The notes under the pieces were generated by a model. It had not been told where the DNA came from. It ran no database searches and saw only the letters and a list, made by a program, of their open reading frames with translations. A DNA stretch of 63,946 bases, counting the filler, from Thelocarpon superellum (lineage: Eukaryota), in the NCBI GenBank assembly GCA_026025795.1. It is 3 parts of 3 records of this genome, joined end to end, with 100 filler letters (N's around TTAATTAATTAA, not from the genome) between each part and the next. Parts side by side here need not be neighbours in the genome. Positions count along the whole stretch, not along the records: positions 23,387 to 46,457 come from JAPEUG010000286.1; positions 46,558 to 63,946 come from JAPEUG010000374.1; 1 more part is not named here. The stretch is one strand, 5' to 3'. Made by a program: the position numbers and the translations under genes. Shown piece after piece: positions 39,001 to 51,206 of this stretch (its first letter is position 1; the number at the start of each line of letters is the position of its first letter).

Positions 39001-39401
39001 AGAGCGAGAGCGGGAATGAGAGCGAGAACGAGGAAGCAGAGATCTCACATGCAACTCGCCCAACCTCTACGCGAACCGCACCCACCGCACCCACCACACC
39101 CGCGACGTCCACGAGACGAAAAAAGACGGAGAATCCAGAACCTCGCCGGACTTCGCTGCGACAGCGCAAGGCAGCGGAGGCGAGCGGGAGCAGGGTTCGA
39201 AGTCGATATTTCGAACCCAGCGTTTCTGACGACGCCCCTGACGACGACGACGACGACAATGACGACGATGAGGAGGAGGAGGAGGAGGAGGAGGCGGAAG
39301 AGTACGTAGAGAAGAAGCAAGTGGTAGAGCAGAAGAGGAAGAAGAAGAGCACGAGCAAGACGAAGAAGTCGCCGCAGTCAGCGAGAGCACGGAAGACATG
39401 A
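36069..39401 (+). CDS. RAD4: DNA damage recognition protein Rad4/XPC family
   Basis: GSRDVGAQLFTALLR...ARLVTSLQP, YWTEV, AKDVTVRY (transglutaminase-like domain); BHD motifs FVLQRHLRREE, LYSEDQT, IPRNAFGNID, AEAVVGFDF. Paralog identity (Rad4 versus Rad34/Rhp42) not resolved. Confidence 0.92.
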   Translation: MPPFVPRKRRRSSSPAPRGSAATPAKSSRRPTLFDALDAPPKSSVSIEENRAFLDRLNGEESDSSLTDISSADFEEVHLGPQEKANGAHDVHDDDEEEHGSVDWEDAVGPSIFTPSGEQSGDLELTLDETARRSLTNPHGTKKGPSKIERQIRIQTHQMHVQFLLVHNLVRNAWTCDAEVQHALVSQLSQTAQNEIDRWKRMSNHQEPDQAPPRKKAKGKKPARKKARDERRGRDWGEHAERLEEGAPNLSHGDPLFRLLQELAKFWRKRFSIDRPGLRKQGYQPLSVLEEELAAFAKDAEDWDRHGERVASVADFRQLAKDARGSRDVGAQLFTALLRGIGLQARLVTSLQPVGFGWSKGEEANQAEKKKKKKTPNTEPNSSSEDDVEGQIEPQPDDQAAGEDVEEAVPNTRRKRTSGATRKKSSGRMTKKTMDIPTHAAGDDSDDLSVIDVTPLYAPKRPRASVDADLPYPIYWTEVLSPVTNRYIPVDPLILNVVATKFDLMAVFEPRSAQAERAKQVMAYVVAYASDGTAKDVTVRYLKRRMWPGKTKGFRMPVEKVPVYNHHGKVKRREEFDWFKSVMSGYARSANQRTLADDLEEEQDLRAVQPVKTVGREDTLQGYKTSADFVLQRHLRREEALVPGAQHVKLFTVGKGDKAVEEKVYRRRDVVACKTSESWHKEGREVMAGEHPLKLVPMRAVTLTRKREIEQVEADVGEKPKQGLYSEDQTDWIIPPPIENGIIPRNAFGNIDCYVPSMVPQGAVHLPYRGLVKICRRLDISHAEAVVGFDFKSQRAVPLVSGVVIPTEHEHTVIEAWHQDEKERLRKEEGKREKMALGLWRKFLMGMRILARVRDEYGGDDDGGIRDEVNPFTNRNKHQKTSRPQDASAFPRPTENHEHDEVEAMSGFLPDAEQGGGGFFPAGYDEDEATQAADHGLSIEDDGAITKTRKPSSSETQSSHRVAQHELSGTSESESESESESGNESENEEAEISHATRPTSTRTAPTAPTTPATSTRRKKTENPEPRRTSLRQRKAAEASGSRVRSRYFEPSVSDDAPDDDDDDNDDDEEEEEEEEAEEYVEKKQVVEQKRKKKSTSKTKKSPQSARARKT

Positions 39402-39951
39402 CCACCAGGGGACTTGTACGGAGCGATCGTAGGCGTAGGTCGCTATCGAAGCTCATAGCCGATGACTGTGCCGGACAAGCGCATGTTCGGACGCAATGCA
39501 AGTAATATGAAGTATGCACGAAGTACGAAGTACAGTATGCGCAGGTTCAAGTGATCACGAGGATTTACTCGAAGACGAGATAGCACTTCGCCTGTAGCGT
39601 TTCCCGTTTTCGCCTCCTAACTCTTTGTATCCTCCTCCGTCCAGCCTTACTCCGTCTCTCGCAGTCCGCGAAGGTCATGCAACCCATGGAACCATATCCG
39701 CTCGGCTCGACTCTGATTCTTCCGTCTCCAGAGAAAACTTTTCCTTTTTCCTTTTTCCGTTATCCTATCACCACAAGTGACCAGGTACCGTACGGGATCC
39801 CGGCCTCAACCAGCCCTACGCCCTTTCTCCGTCCAGTGCTCCTCTTCCTCGCCCATCACAGTTCAACTTCTCCGTCATCGCCTGTTACAGCTCACCTGCT
39901 CCACCCTCACCACGTCGTCGTGAGTCGGATCTCGTCCCCGCCCCGCAAGAT

Positions 39952-40394
39952 TCATGGCGTCGCTGAGCACACATATTTCGTAGCGGTCAGCGTGGCAGCT
40001 GTGACGGTGGCATTGATGATTCGTCTCTATCGATCACGTCCATGAATAAGTAACCATTCTACATAAGGCCTGGAGTGGCGCCACGTACCGGACCCTGTCC
40101 CATGACCACGTCCTCAACGGCGACAGATGCACATCCGTTGCAGTCCACGCTCGCTGTAGTATATACCGTCGCGTGATATTCCGTCGTTGTTGGCGACAGG
40201 TCAAAGTGCGCTAGTTTGCTGATGGTCATGATGCAGCCTTCTTCGTTAGCTGGCGCGAGACTGTACCCCGAGTCAGCGAGCGAGCCAGGCTGATGAGACG
40301 GCGAGAAGAGGGGAAGTCTGGGTGCATACGCCAAAGCTGACGCAGAGGTGATCAGGGCGGCTGCCGCCATGAATGATGAAGTGGCGATCTTCAT
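39952..40394 (-). CDS. Small secreted protein with a VDCxGC motif
   Basis: MKIATSSFMAAAALITSASA signal peptide; GCIMTI...ASVDCNGCASV...GQGP|RRIINATVTAATLTATKYVCSATP*; one GTACGT...TAG intron. Confidence 0.78.
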
Positions 40395-43092
40395 GATTGC
40401 GCTTGATAGGGCTGATAGGGCTGGTTGATTGGTAGAGTCTGGAGTGGTTGCCGTCCGATAGATACGTAGATGCTGGATGCTGGATCGAGAAAGCAAGGGA
40501 TGGAGCGCGGGGACCGGGGAGAGGACCCGGCGTGGTGAGGGAGCCCTTGCTTTACTTAATATCTCAATGAGCCACGAAAGCTCTTTCCGCCGGCCGGAGG
40601 TAGACACACGAAGAATGGCAAAGGCAAAGGCTCGTCTCCATATTCTCGGCAACTAGGACGAAATGGACGAACGGCAGGAAAAGCTTGACGTTGAACGCGA
40701 CATGTTCAAGTTTATCCCAGTTGGATGGAGCGCGAGAGGTGTACCATGGATTTGTGCATATCCAGCTCTTCGACGTATGGGACGGCCACTCGGAACGGAC
40801 GGGTGGACGGATATTCTAGGAGGATGGTGGGTTCGTTGGAAAGTGTGAGGCATGCCCGCAACGAGGAAGCAGCGCTTCTGCTCACCGCCCACCCGAAGCC
40901 GTCGCGGCGGCGGGGTTTCGTGGATCTCTCGATCCGTCACCACACTCTTTCATCACCCCGTCATCCGTCATCCGTCATCCTTCAGCCAACCTGTCACACA
41001 CCGTGGGAGGGAGGGTGCGAGCGTCGGCTGCACTTGGTCAAGGCGTCACAGCCAAGCGCTTTCTAAGCCCAGCCGGGACGAGGGGCCGTGAACCAGGGAT
41101 GGAGACGCCAGAGGCGTCCATAACCGGACGAGACATATTCACGCATCCCAGTACCAACAAAGCGCAAGAAGATCCTCGTAGCGGTGCAAGTACGGCTGAA
41201 GTCATTGCAGCGCGCCGCGGGGCTGATGATCTGCAATGACGAGGCGGGCACGGGGAATCTGTCTCCGACAGCGGGGGTTGTGGGTTATCTCCGCCCGAAG
41301 CAAAGGTAAATAGCCTCACGGACCAGCGCCGATCCTCATCCAGGAACATTCATGCCTCGGCACTTGCTGCGCACATCATCCGCTGCCAACTCCGGAGGCG
41401 ATGCTCGCTCCCCCACCCCACAACGACCCAAGATAAACACTGGAGGAGCTTTGACCACGACGGCCCGCCTGCACCCTCCTATACTGGACTGAAGATTGTT
41501 TGGGACGGAGTAAATTAGAATTAGAAACACAACATGGGTCGTGCGGTCGGAGATACAGGGTTCGGCGCCGATGGGGGTAGTCCAAGTCGCAAGCCAACCC
41601 ACGGAGGTGCTGGTTACCCCCGTCGAAGATGGAGAGGAGATGAGGCAAATGGCCGCGACGGCGCTCGGTGGTTGCCGACTCCCGATGGCGACCGAACCAG
41701 ACGTGCGTCCGGCAGTTGTCGGAAGGGGAACATCACACTCGTGTGCGCCCTCATCAAGAACCCCAGACACTGTCCAAAATCGAGCGGGTCCATGCTCGTG
41801 ACGGTCCGGCGCACTCAAGTCGACACAGCGGGCCCTCTGGGGCCCTCTGGGGGCTCCAACCGCTGTGGCATCGCAGGATCCACCCTGAACGCCGCCCCCC
41901 GCATTCACCGTCGAGGTGTCGGGGCGTCACCAGCTATGCACTCGTCTCCGTGGGATGTTTCGTTTCCATGTGGCGACCACGTACTCCTGCGCAGGACCTA
42001 CCGCTTGAAGTCCTGGCCCACGATCGCCAATCCACGGTTACAACATGGGCGAAGCATGTACGACCAGCCGAGCAGCGCCCGGCCTTACGAGTAGAGAAAC
42101 ACCGGTATCGACGGGGGCGGACATCCTATGCTTGCACTGGCTGGGGCCTAGCCGGGGCTCGTGACGATCGATCCTTCCTGGCACTGACCAGACCGATCGG
42201 CGAGAGACGGTCGGTCATGCCATCATGCCGCGAGATCGAAGACCTGTGGACAACCGCCGTACCTGGCCGCCGGCGCCGTTGCGCAACCAGAGGCCAAGGG
42301 CAACGGGAGGGACGCGGCGCGGCGGTGACCAGTGGCTTGCGGGCATCTGTCGTCTGCAGCAAACGGTCAAGGCTTCCTTTCATGCGGTGGCGAGGTGACT
42401 CGCCATCGTTGGCGCGCATGTGATAATGCACCCGACGCCAGCGCTCCCATCGCTACGGGCGAGTTGTGACGACAGGAGCCCCCGTAATCGCCCCGCTGAA
42501 CAGGAGAGCTGGCCTGAACAGGGAGGCGACCAGGCGTGTGGGAAAGTCTCCCCACACCCTACGTCCCTAACCCTAGGTAGGGGAGGTCCCCCCCCCGGTG
42601 CACACGACCCTCTAGCCTAGCTCTCCCTAGTCGTCCGCGTCTTCCTCGTCGCCTGGCCCATGCAGCAGTCGGACCAGTTCGCGAGTCACGCAGGAATCGC
42701 TGGCGGCAGGGGACTATGCCATCGCCCATAAGATCCAGTCCTGGTGGGGGAGAGAGGGTGTACGGCACCCGGAGACGATGGACCGCTGACCAATGGCACG
42801 CCGTAGTCGTCCTCGGACCAAGCCTCCAGAGTAGTAACCGGGAGCACTCCACGATTAGCACGCGACGCTGCCGACACTGACGGTGTGACGGGGCACCGCT
42901 CATTCTCTCACGCTGCACTCGAACCAAGTAGTTGTACCATCCACCGTCGTTCATGCATTGACGCCCCCGGTCGCCAACCTCTCCCTGTTCGTCGTGATCA
43001 TCTTTGTCGTCGTCTTCTATAAAACCTTGTTCGCACCCAGCCCGGCTGGCGTCCAAACCCCCGCGTCCGTCGTGACCTTCTTGGTCGTCATC

Positions 43093-46000
43093 ATGGATCC
43101 TATGGCCACTGACGATGTCCCCGCCCCCACCGGCGGGCCTCCTCCCAACTCCACCGCTGCCCCCAACTCCCAGACGCCTGGCCATCCCAGTTTCCGGAGG
43201 TAAGTGCGCACCTTCATCGAGCCTCCACCCTGCCTGGCCCCAGACTAATCGCCTGGTCCTCCGTGCAGGCAGCGTGCGTCAAGAGCTTGCGAGGTACGGA
43301 GTCCCCCACATCTGCCGTCGTCACGGTGTCATTGAGGAGTGCGGAGCTGACCATCGCGCATATAGACCTGCCATGCCCGAAAGGTGCGCGCCGACCGTCC
43401 CGGGCCGCGTAGAGGCTCACGCTCAAGACTGACACCCGTCGCAGGTCCGATGCGATGCCGCCAGCCTTGGCGTGCCCTGCACCAATTGTGTTGCCTTCTC
43501 CATCGAGTGCAAGATCCCCACCCCAAAGCGGAAGAAAGCGCAGGGGAAAGCCAAGGACTCAGACAGGTACGACGTCCTGCCAGGAGCAGAGGGCCCCCCT
43601 ACCGTCTGCACGATGGCTAACGCGCCGGTCCGATACAGCGAGCCGGCCGAGTCCGCCCCCGAACGATCACCCGGCATCGAGTCACCCACCGCGCAAGATC
43701 CTCGAAACGTCGTGCCGTACAACTCGCAAGACGGCACGCCCCTGACCACGCTCTCCGACGCACAGGCGGCCCAACAGGCCACCAACGACGAGACCTACGC
43801 GCAATTCATGAAACCCAAGTTCGCCCGCGCCCCCATCACCGAAGCCGGACGGGTGGCCTACTTGGGCGAGTCCTCCAATCTGTCCCTGCTCGTGCACGAC
43901 CGCCATGGCAATGACGACGTCGTGCATTATCCGCTGCCGGAGAACGTGCGGGGAACGCGGGCGCGCTTGACCGAGCTGGACAATGTCGAGATCGACATCC
44001 TCTACCAGCGAGGAGCCTTCCTCCTCCCCCCGCGAGCGTTGTGCGACGAGCTTGTCGACGCGTATTTTGCGTGGGTCGCACCCGTTGTGCCCGTCATCAA
44101 TCGCAGCCGCTTCATGCGATGCTACCGCGACGCCAAGAACCCGCCCTCTCTCCTCCTGCTGCAAGCTATCCTCCTGGCTGGGTCCCGCGTCTGCACCAAT
44201 CCACAGCTGATGGACGCCAATGGCTCGACCACTCCGGCGGCCATGACTTTCTATAAGCGGGCCAAGGCTCTGTACGACGCCAACTACGAAGATGATCGGG
44301 TGACGATTGTGCAAGCATTGATCTTGATGGGGTGGTATTGGGAGGGACCGGAAGGTACGAGCCCTCTCTGCAGTCGGACAGGGCGGCATATTCAGGCGCT
44401 GACGAAAGCAGATGTGACCAAGAACGTCTTCTATTGGAGTCGAGTGGCCACCATCGTCGCACAAGGATCCGGCATGCATCGAAGGTTGGTCTCGAAGTCG
44501 TCTCTCCCCTTCCTCGCGTCCCGAGCTGACCTCATCCAGTGTCGAGGGCTCCCAGCTGAGCCGGGCGGATAAGCGCTTGTGGAAGCGCATCTGGTGGACG
44601 CTCTTCACCCGGGATCGATCGGTGGCGGTAGCGCTTGGGCGCCCCGTGCACATCAATACGGACGACTCCGACGTCGAGATGGTGTCGGAGGATGATTTCA
44701 TCGACGACGAGGAGGGTCACCCGGCGGAATACGCCACCGATCCCTTGCATGTGCAGTTCTTCCTGCAATACGTGAAGTTGTGCGAGATTATGGGACTTGT
44801 CTTGTCTCAGCAGTACTCCGTTGCGGCTAAGGGACGACGGCAGAATGCCATCGACCTGACGCACAGCGACATGGCCTTGGCCGACTGGCTCCAGAATTGT
44901 CCGCGCGAGATTTACTGGGAACGGTCACGACACCATTTCTGGTCGGCCTTGCTCCATTCCAACTACTAGTAGGTCCTCTCGGGGGGCAAGATTGGCGGAT
45001 GGGTCGGGCTAACGATGGGCAGTACGACGTTATGTCTGTTGCATCGGGCGCATATGCCCCCAGCGACGTCGCAGACGAACGGATTGCGGAATGGCTATCC
45101 TGACGAATCGGCGTATCCGTCGCGGAATATCGCCTTCCAGGCGGCGGGGATGATCACGTCGATCGTGGAAAACCTATCGAATCACGACGAGCTTCGTTAT
45201 TGTCCGGCCTTCATGTAAATGACCTGAGGGCCCGTGGCCTTTTGCGGCTGATGCTGACTCGACCACAGTGTGTACAGTTTGTTCTCGGCCTTGATCATGC
45301 ACGTGTACCAGATGCGGTCATCGGTCCCATCGATCGTGTCCGCGACGCAGGAGCGGCTGCAAGTGTGCATGACGGCGCTCAGGGACGTATCCAAGGTCTG
45401 GCTGGTGGCGAAGATGGTGCACACGCTCTTTGAGTCGATCTTGGGCAACAAGTCGCTCGAGGACAAGCTGCAGAAGGCGGCGGGAAAGCGGCATCATCGA
45501 TCGAAGCATGACAAGTCGCGCAAGGACGACGCGGCCAAGCGCAAGTACGAAGATATGGAGTTTGGCTACACCAATGGTCCGCCGGCGCCGCAGGTGTCGT
45601 ATGAACGCTCGCGCCCACAGACGCCCGCTGTCACGCCTTCACGCGAGCTCGGGCAACCGGCCAACACGATGGCAGCACCGTCGACGATGACCACGTCACC
45701 ACAGCTGCGACAGCCGACGGACGCCTTCATGGGCGGGATGACCTCGCGATCGAACACGCGACCGCCCACGCCGTTCAATCCCTCCTTCTCCGTGCCGGCG
45801 ACGCCCCCTGATCTCTACCTGGTGACGCGGCACTCGCCGCCCATCTCGCAGAGCATCTGGGAGAATTTTCAACCGGACCAGCTCTTCCCGGAGAGCTCAG
45901 GCAACATGTTCCTGTCGCAATTTTCGCCGCCGGCCGCGTCGGGAGATGCTACCCTGGCGCCGACGATGCCGCAGATGGGTGGGCAGACACCCACGATGCA

Positions 46001-46321
46001 GCCTGGGCAGCTTGCCGGATCTGCGTCTACGACGCAGCTACCCCAGCGTCCCCTCGGCCTGGCTGGGGCGCCGACGACGCCAGGACTGCCCAATCTGGGC
46101 TGGCCCAATACCTTTGACACCATGGACATGGCGGGGAGCAGCCCCGAGGATACGTGGAGCAACAGCTCCAAGGGACAACCCGTACCCACCACCCTCAATG
46201 TCGAAGATTGGTAAGGGTTCGACTCGGCTATGGCCGCCTTCCCCGTGCTGACCACGCAACTAGGTTCCAATTCTTCGGCATCAATGGTGATCTCAACACT
46301 ATGGGAACTGAGGCTGTATGA
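43093..46321 (+). CDS. farA: Zn2Cys6 transcription factor FarA / cutinase transcription factor 1 alpha
   Basis: GHPSFRR|QRASRACE|TCHARK|VRCDAASLGVPCTNCVAFSIEC (Zn cluster split across micro-exons); RVAYLGESSNLSLL; fungal TF domain LWKRIWWTLFTRDR; C-terminal PTTLNVEDW|FQFFGI. Confidence 0.93.
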
Positions 46322-46457
46322 GGGACACCGATGTAGCTTGCAAGGCCTCGCAATGTGAGAGACATTGATGCGCACGACGCGACGAATCGGGCGTTTTCGA
46401 GTTCAGGGTGGGAAGCTGGGGCTGGATAAGGTACAGGTGACGGCTGTAGCTCTATAT

Positions 46458-46557
46458 NNNNNNNNNNNNNNNNNNNNNNNNNNNNNNNNNNNNNNNNNNN
46501 NTTAATTAATTAANNNNNNNNNNNNNNNNNNNNNNNNNNNNNNNNNNNNNNNNNNNN
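46458..46557. other. Artificial contig spacer (N44-TTAATTAATTAA-N44)
   Basis: Same as the spacer at 23287-23386. Confidence 0.95.
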
Positions 46558-46855
46558 CGTCTTTGGAGACGTATCCATTGGAGATTTGTGGGGCCGCCGG
46601 AGTCTCTCGGGTTGCCTGGTTGGCTTTCTCCGCGGCCGGAGGAGGTGTCGGTCGCGATCGGGCAAGTAACCAACTCCGAGGACTTGCCTTGGGGGCAGCA
46701 ATCTTGGTGAATTCATACACGCCCTTTTCGGGACAATAGTAGTACCGACATGGTTCCGCAGTTCGAGGATTGGACAGTGTGATGACGCGCGACGCGGAAG
46801 AGGTCTCCGTGGGAAGGAGGAAGACCTTGGGTGAGGTCAATGCCGACGCCGACAT
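46558..46855 (-). CDS. RNH202: Ribonuclease H2 subunit B N-terminal part (truncated at the gap; start uncertain)
   Basis: KVFLLP...RVITLSNPRTAEPCRYYYCPEKGVYEFTKIAAPKASPRSWLL...NGYVSKD resembles the fungal Ydr279p/RNase H2B N-terminus. Confidence 0.75.
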
Positions 46856-47010
46856 CTTGTCCCTTTGATTTGGATTTTGATTTTGCGCACGTTTCGGTCT
46901 TCGCTCATTAGCACGAGGCCGAGGGTGATGCCAATTCTCTCGACGCTTTTGACCGTGGCGCTCGACAACTTCCGGCACCCGTACTCATACCCGTGCGAGT
47001 AACATACTAC

Positions 47011-47100
47011 TGTAGGAGCGCGCACGTGATCTGGTCACGTGCCCACTCCTATCACTATCCCGACTACGCGTAGATTAGCAATTCAGCTCTGATTCCTACA
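47011..47100 (+). mobile_element. Short TG...CA element (solo LTR or MITE-like), copy 1
   Basis: Ends TGTAGGA...TCCTACA (7-bp inverted repeat), flanked by CTAC on both sides; near-identical inverted copy at 59863-59947. Confidence 0.8.
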
Positions 47101-47197
47101 CTACTATGTTAGTAGAGTAGTACTCGTACCAGACCCACGTCGCGTCCGGACGCGTCTGCCACGCACCGTTACGCTACCCGTATTCTTAACGACGCGT
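47066..47197. promoter_or_regulatory. MCB boxes in the RNH202/MCM10 divergent promoter
   Basis: ACGCGT at 47066-47071 (inside the element), 47150-47155 and 47192-47197. Confidence 0.65.
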
Positions 47198-47400
47198 GAA
47201 TTGCAGCCAATCAGGGGCAGTAGGAGCTGCAGATATGCTGCATCATTACATACATTTGCATCTGGGGAGGACTCCCACGCACACACGTACCCACGTATAG
47301 ACGAGTACATGCGTGGCTTCATACTAGAGGCCACTGGCGGCACCTCCGACACTTCCACTGCATTTCTAGGGCCGCCCACCCCTCCTTCCAGGGAAGGCGA

Positions 47401-47496
47401 GCGGTGAGCAGTGAGCAGGGAGCAGTGAGCAGTGAGCAGGGAGCAGGGAGCAGTGAGCAGTGAGCAGGGAGCTGTGAGCAGGGAGCTGTGAGCAGG
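47401..47496. repeat. Heptamer-period array (GAGCAGT/GAGCAGG)n just 5' of MCM10
   Basis: Read directly; about 13 degenerate units. Confidence 0.9.
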
Positions 47497-47528
47497 GTGG
47501 GCAACGAGGTCGGACTTTCTCCACCAAC

Positions 47529-50396
47529 ATGGCAAACCGTGAGCGCCCAAAGCTGCCTTCTCCACCGGACTTGTGCTGACACGTTGTGATAGCGGCCGTG
47601 GTCTGGCCTCCACGCTCCCCCCATGAGGCGATGATCAGTTCGCCGTCGGGCCGGAAACGGTTACGACACATGCAAGACCGTACTTCACCGACGCCCTCTC
47701 CATCCAAGATCTCTGGCATGACCCCGTCCGAACGCTTTCGCCACCGGCAAGGACGACCGAACACGAAAGGCGGCGTGGGAGATCATGACGAGGACGAGGA
47801 CGAGGATGAGGAGACGCTGCAACTCCAGCTCCAGGCGATTGAAGCCAAGCTGAAGTTGAAGAAGCTTCGACAGGCCAAGGCCAGGGGCGGAGTGCCCAGC
47901 TCCGACGTGGAGAATGCAGGACGGAGGGCGGAGTCGACCGTGCCACCGGCCTCGACCCGACGGCATCTACGAAGCCGCGATGGTCAATTGCAGCGGGCAC
48001 AGTCACAGCCCGATATCCATGTCCCGCTCTCCCCACCGCAACGAAAGGGCACCGCGGATAGCCCCTCGTCACCGGGGAGGGTCTTGCTCGGCATCGACAA
48101 GGGTCGGACCGGCCGAGATGTGTCCTTGCGGAAAGCACCCAGTCTACGCACGAGCGAGAGCACTCCGGGGGGGCTCTCACAAGCAGCGCTGCCGTCACGA
48201 CAACAAGGCAACGTGCGTACGCCACGACCGCTGTACGCGCCGACGGACGACAAGCCCAAGACCTTCAGTGAGCGCATGGCCGAAACTCGGGCAAACGACA
48301 AGCGACGGATGGAGCAGGAAGGGAGGATAAAAAAGACCAGGAGCAAGGGTTTCGGCATCGATCGACAAGAGGTGGAACGATTCAAGGATGAGGCCGGTCG
48401 GTCGACTGATGGAGATCCTTTCCTCGACGAGGCGCAGAATAGCCACGCAAGAGAGTTCTCTCGCGAAGAGGTCTTGCGATCCTTCCACGGCCCCGCCCGA
48501 GACGCACGGTCGGGGATCATGGTGGCGCCGGAGAGCCGGGCACCATTGAGAAATGGCAGCACCTCCACCATCCCATCATCATCGACAACCCCCTCCATAT
48601 CTTCACGCTCATCATCGTCCACGGTCATCCATCGACCGCCATCGGCCCCCCCCGTATCGTCGATCCGATTGGAATCTTCAGCCGACATGTCGAAAAGACC
48701 GGCGGAATTCGAGTCCTTTTCGGGCCTGCATCTCTCCAAACGCGTCCTCCCCCACACCTTTCTAACCCGCACCTTGACGGAGAAGACCGTCCTCCTACTT
48801 CCCGACCTCCTCAAACACGTCAAGGCCCCCTTGTTCAGTCTCCCGGACTCCATCTCCGACTACGTCGTGCTGGCCGTCATCGCGTCCAAGTCGAGTCCCA
48901 AGTCGCACCGGGACGACCGGCGGACGGCGACGGACGGTGAGGGAGAGCAGGGCCGGGGGAAATACATGGTTTTCACCCTGACGGACCTGAAGTGGGAGCT
49001 GGACCTCTTTATCTTCGGCACGGGCTTCGATCGATTCTGGAAGCTCACACCTGGCACGGTGATTGCGCTGCTGAACCCCAACATCATGCCGCCGCCGGCG
49101 CACCGGAAAGACACGGGCAAGTTCTCACTGACGCTGACGTCGAGCGACGACACCGTGCTCGAGATCGGCACGGCGCGCGATCTAGGCTTCTGCGCCAGCA
49201 TCAAGAAAGACGGCAAGACGTGTGACGCGTGGGTGGACAAGCGCCACACCGAACACTGCGCTTTTCACGTCGACACAGCCGTGCGCAAGACCAAAGCCTC
49301 CCGGATGGAGGTGAACACGATGAGCGCGCCGTTCGGACCCGGCGGACGAGCGGGCTCGCGTACGGGGACCTCCTCCTCCACCCAGGCGCGACGAGGCCCC
49401 ACCAAGCAATCCGACGGGTCCATCCGCGACCGCGCCACGCAATCGCGGGTCTTCATCACCCCGTCGGTGCCAGGCGGATATCAGGGGAACGACGGCAGCG
49501 CGGCGCGGCTCCTCGACGACGTCGACATCGACCCAGACGCTTTCCACCGCGGCACATCCAAAGAAGAGCGTCTCCGTCGGCGACTCGCCGAACGCGAACG
49601 TGAACGCGATATCGCTCGACGGCTGGGCGAGACTGGCCACGGCGCGGGTAGTACGTATCTAGGCGCGCCGTTCGCCGGGGGCTCCTCCACCAACCCTTCC
49701 TCCACGTCCGGCACCGACCAAGCTCCAAACCCCCTCATTCTCTCGCCGTCAAAACACAACGCTGCCTCGGTGCGTCTGAGCCCCATTCGCAGCAGTCGGA
49801 AGCGGAGACGGGAGGGGGCGAGAGACGATGACGAGGCGGTGGGATGGGGTGGGGCATTTCGACGGGGTCTACCCAACCAGCGTCATGCGTCTGCGTCATC
49901 GACCCTCACGGCAAGTACGACCACGTCGTCTTCATCTTCAGCCATAGTCCTTCCGCCCCCCACCACGTCCCATGCAGGACACGTCCAAGGCCCGTGCAAA
50001 GTGACCGAAGCACCAAGCGCAGACGCAGAGATGGGAACAGGAACGGGCACAGGAACAGCACGGAAGAAGACACGCTTCGTAACGGACCGAGGCATCCGCG
50101 AAGCAGGCCGCGAGAGCTTCGGCGACGCCATCACGAGTCCGTCTCGTCTCTCACCGTCCCGTTCTCGTTCTCATTCTCGGTCTCGCGCTGGCTCTACCTC
50201 TCGTGGTGATGACGACGATCCTGTTCCTGCTCCTGCTCCTGCTCGCACCAGCCCTTCCCGTCTCACCAGGACGCGTACCCATGCTCTTCCTACCAAAGAG
50301 GGGACCGGAGGAGTAAGGGTGAGAGTGACGAGGGGAAGAATGGATGGAAATGGTGACGATGATGTTGATGATGATGACGAGTTGGACATTGTCTAG
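47529..50396 (+). CDS. MCM10: Replication initiation factor Mcm10/Cdc23
   Basis: MANP|AVVWPPRSPHEA; EETLQLQLQAIEAKLKLKK; OB fold KYMVFTLTDL...GTVIALLNP...VLEIGTARDLG; CCCH zinc finger FCASIKKDGKTCDAWVDKRHTEHCAFH. Confidence 0.93.
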
Positions 50397-50548
50397 GTTG
50401 CGTTGTCTTGCCCATGTGTACGGGACGACCTTCTCTTACCTCCATCCTTGGCCTGGCATTCTTTGTCAAGATTCTGCCTGGCGTCCGTCACGCTCTTAGA
50501 TTGAGACGTCACACCGACCGACCACGGGATGCAGGGGTTACGAGTCCT

Positions 50549-50650
50549 TGATGATGATGATGATGATGATGATGATGTGGTTTGAAGCGGGGTGTTGTCC
50601 CAGTGAATAGAGAGAGGAGTCTCTGGATCAATCAATCAATCAATCAATCA
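50549..50650. repeat. Microsatellites (TGA)n and (ATCA)n
   Basis: Read directly. Confidence 0.9.
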
Positions 50651-51206
50651 ACCACTTCTAGAAGCCTAGCCGAACGTCTCAACTTCTCTCTTTCCCGCCC
50701 TGTCGTGGTGCGTCCCTGTCGGATGGGCAGTACAACCAGGTGGAAGTCGAGACTGTCTGTACCAGTATCGTAGCAGTTCGCCATTCAGGCACGTGCGCGA
50801 CACCCACCCAAACAGCCAACCCTCCAACCACCTCCTCCTCCTCTCCCTTGATCCCTTTCTCGGTCTCCAACACACTCCCTCGATCGTCCATTCGTCCATT
50901 CATGCAGCCATACATCGGTTCCATTATCCATCATGGTTGCTTTCGATTCAAGAGGGTGGCAAAAATGAGTGAGAATGAATGAGCAAGGACAAGTGTTTGA
51001 GAATGGGTGGGGGGGAGTGACGGTTGCTGCGCGTGTGAGGGGAGGTGGACGTCAACCGTGGGTAGAAGATGGAGATGACGCTGTGTGAACGTGTGCAGGA
51101 GGCAGGTGACAGCAGATGGCCAGATACAGCCTAAGCTGGGACCACAAGGGTCAATGACCAACAAGGACCAAGGATGATGGACACGTCAAAGGGTGGGGTC
51201 CTCTCC

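Noticed and set aside
42566..42578. CCCTAACCCTAG telomere-like sequence
   Set aside because: Only about two units; expected by chance.
41355..42816. CCTCGG FarA-binding sites upstream of farA (autoregulation)
   Set aside because: The hexamer is common in this GC-rich DNA, including inside CDSs; two scattered hits are not significant.
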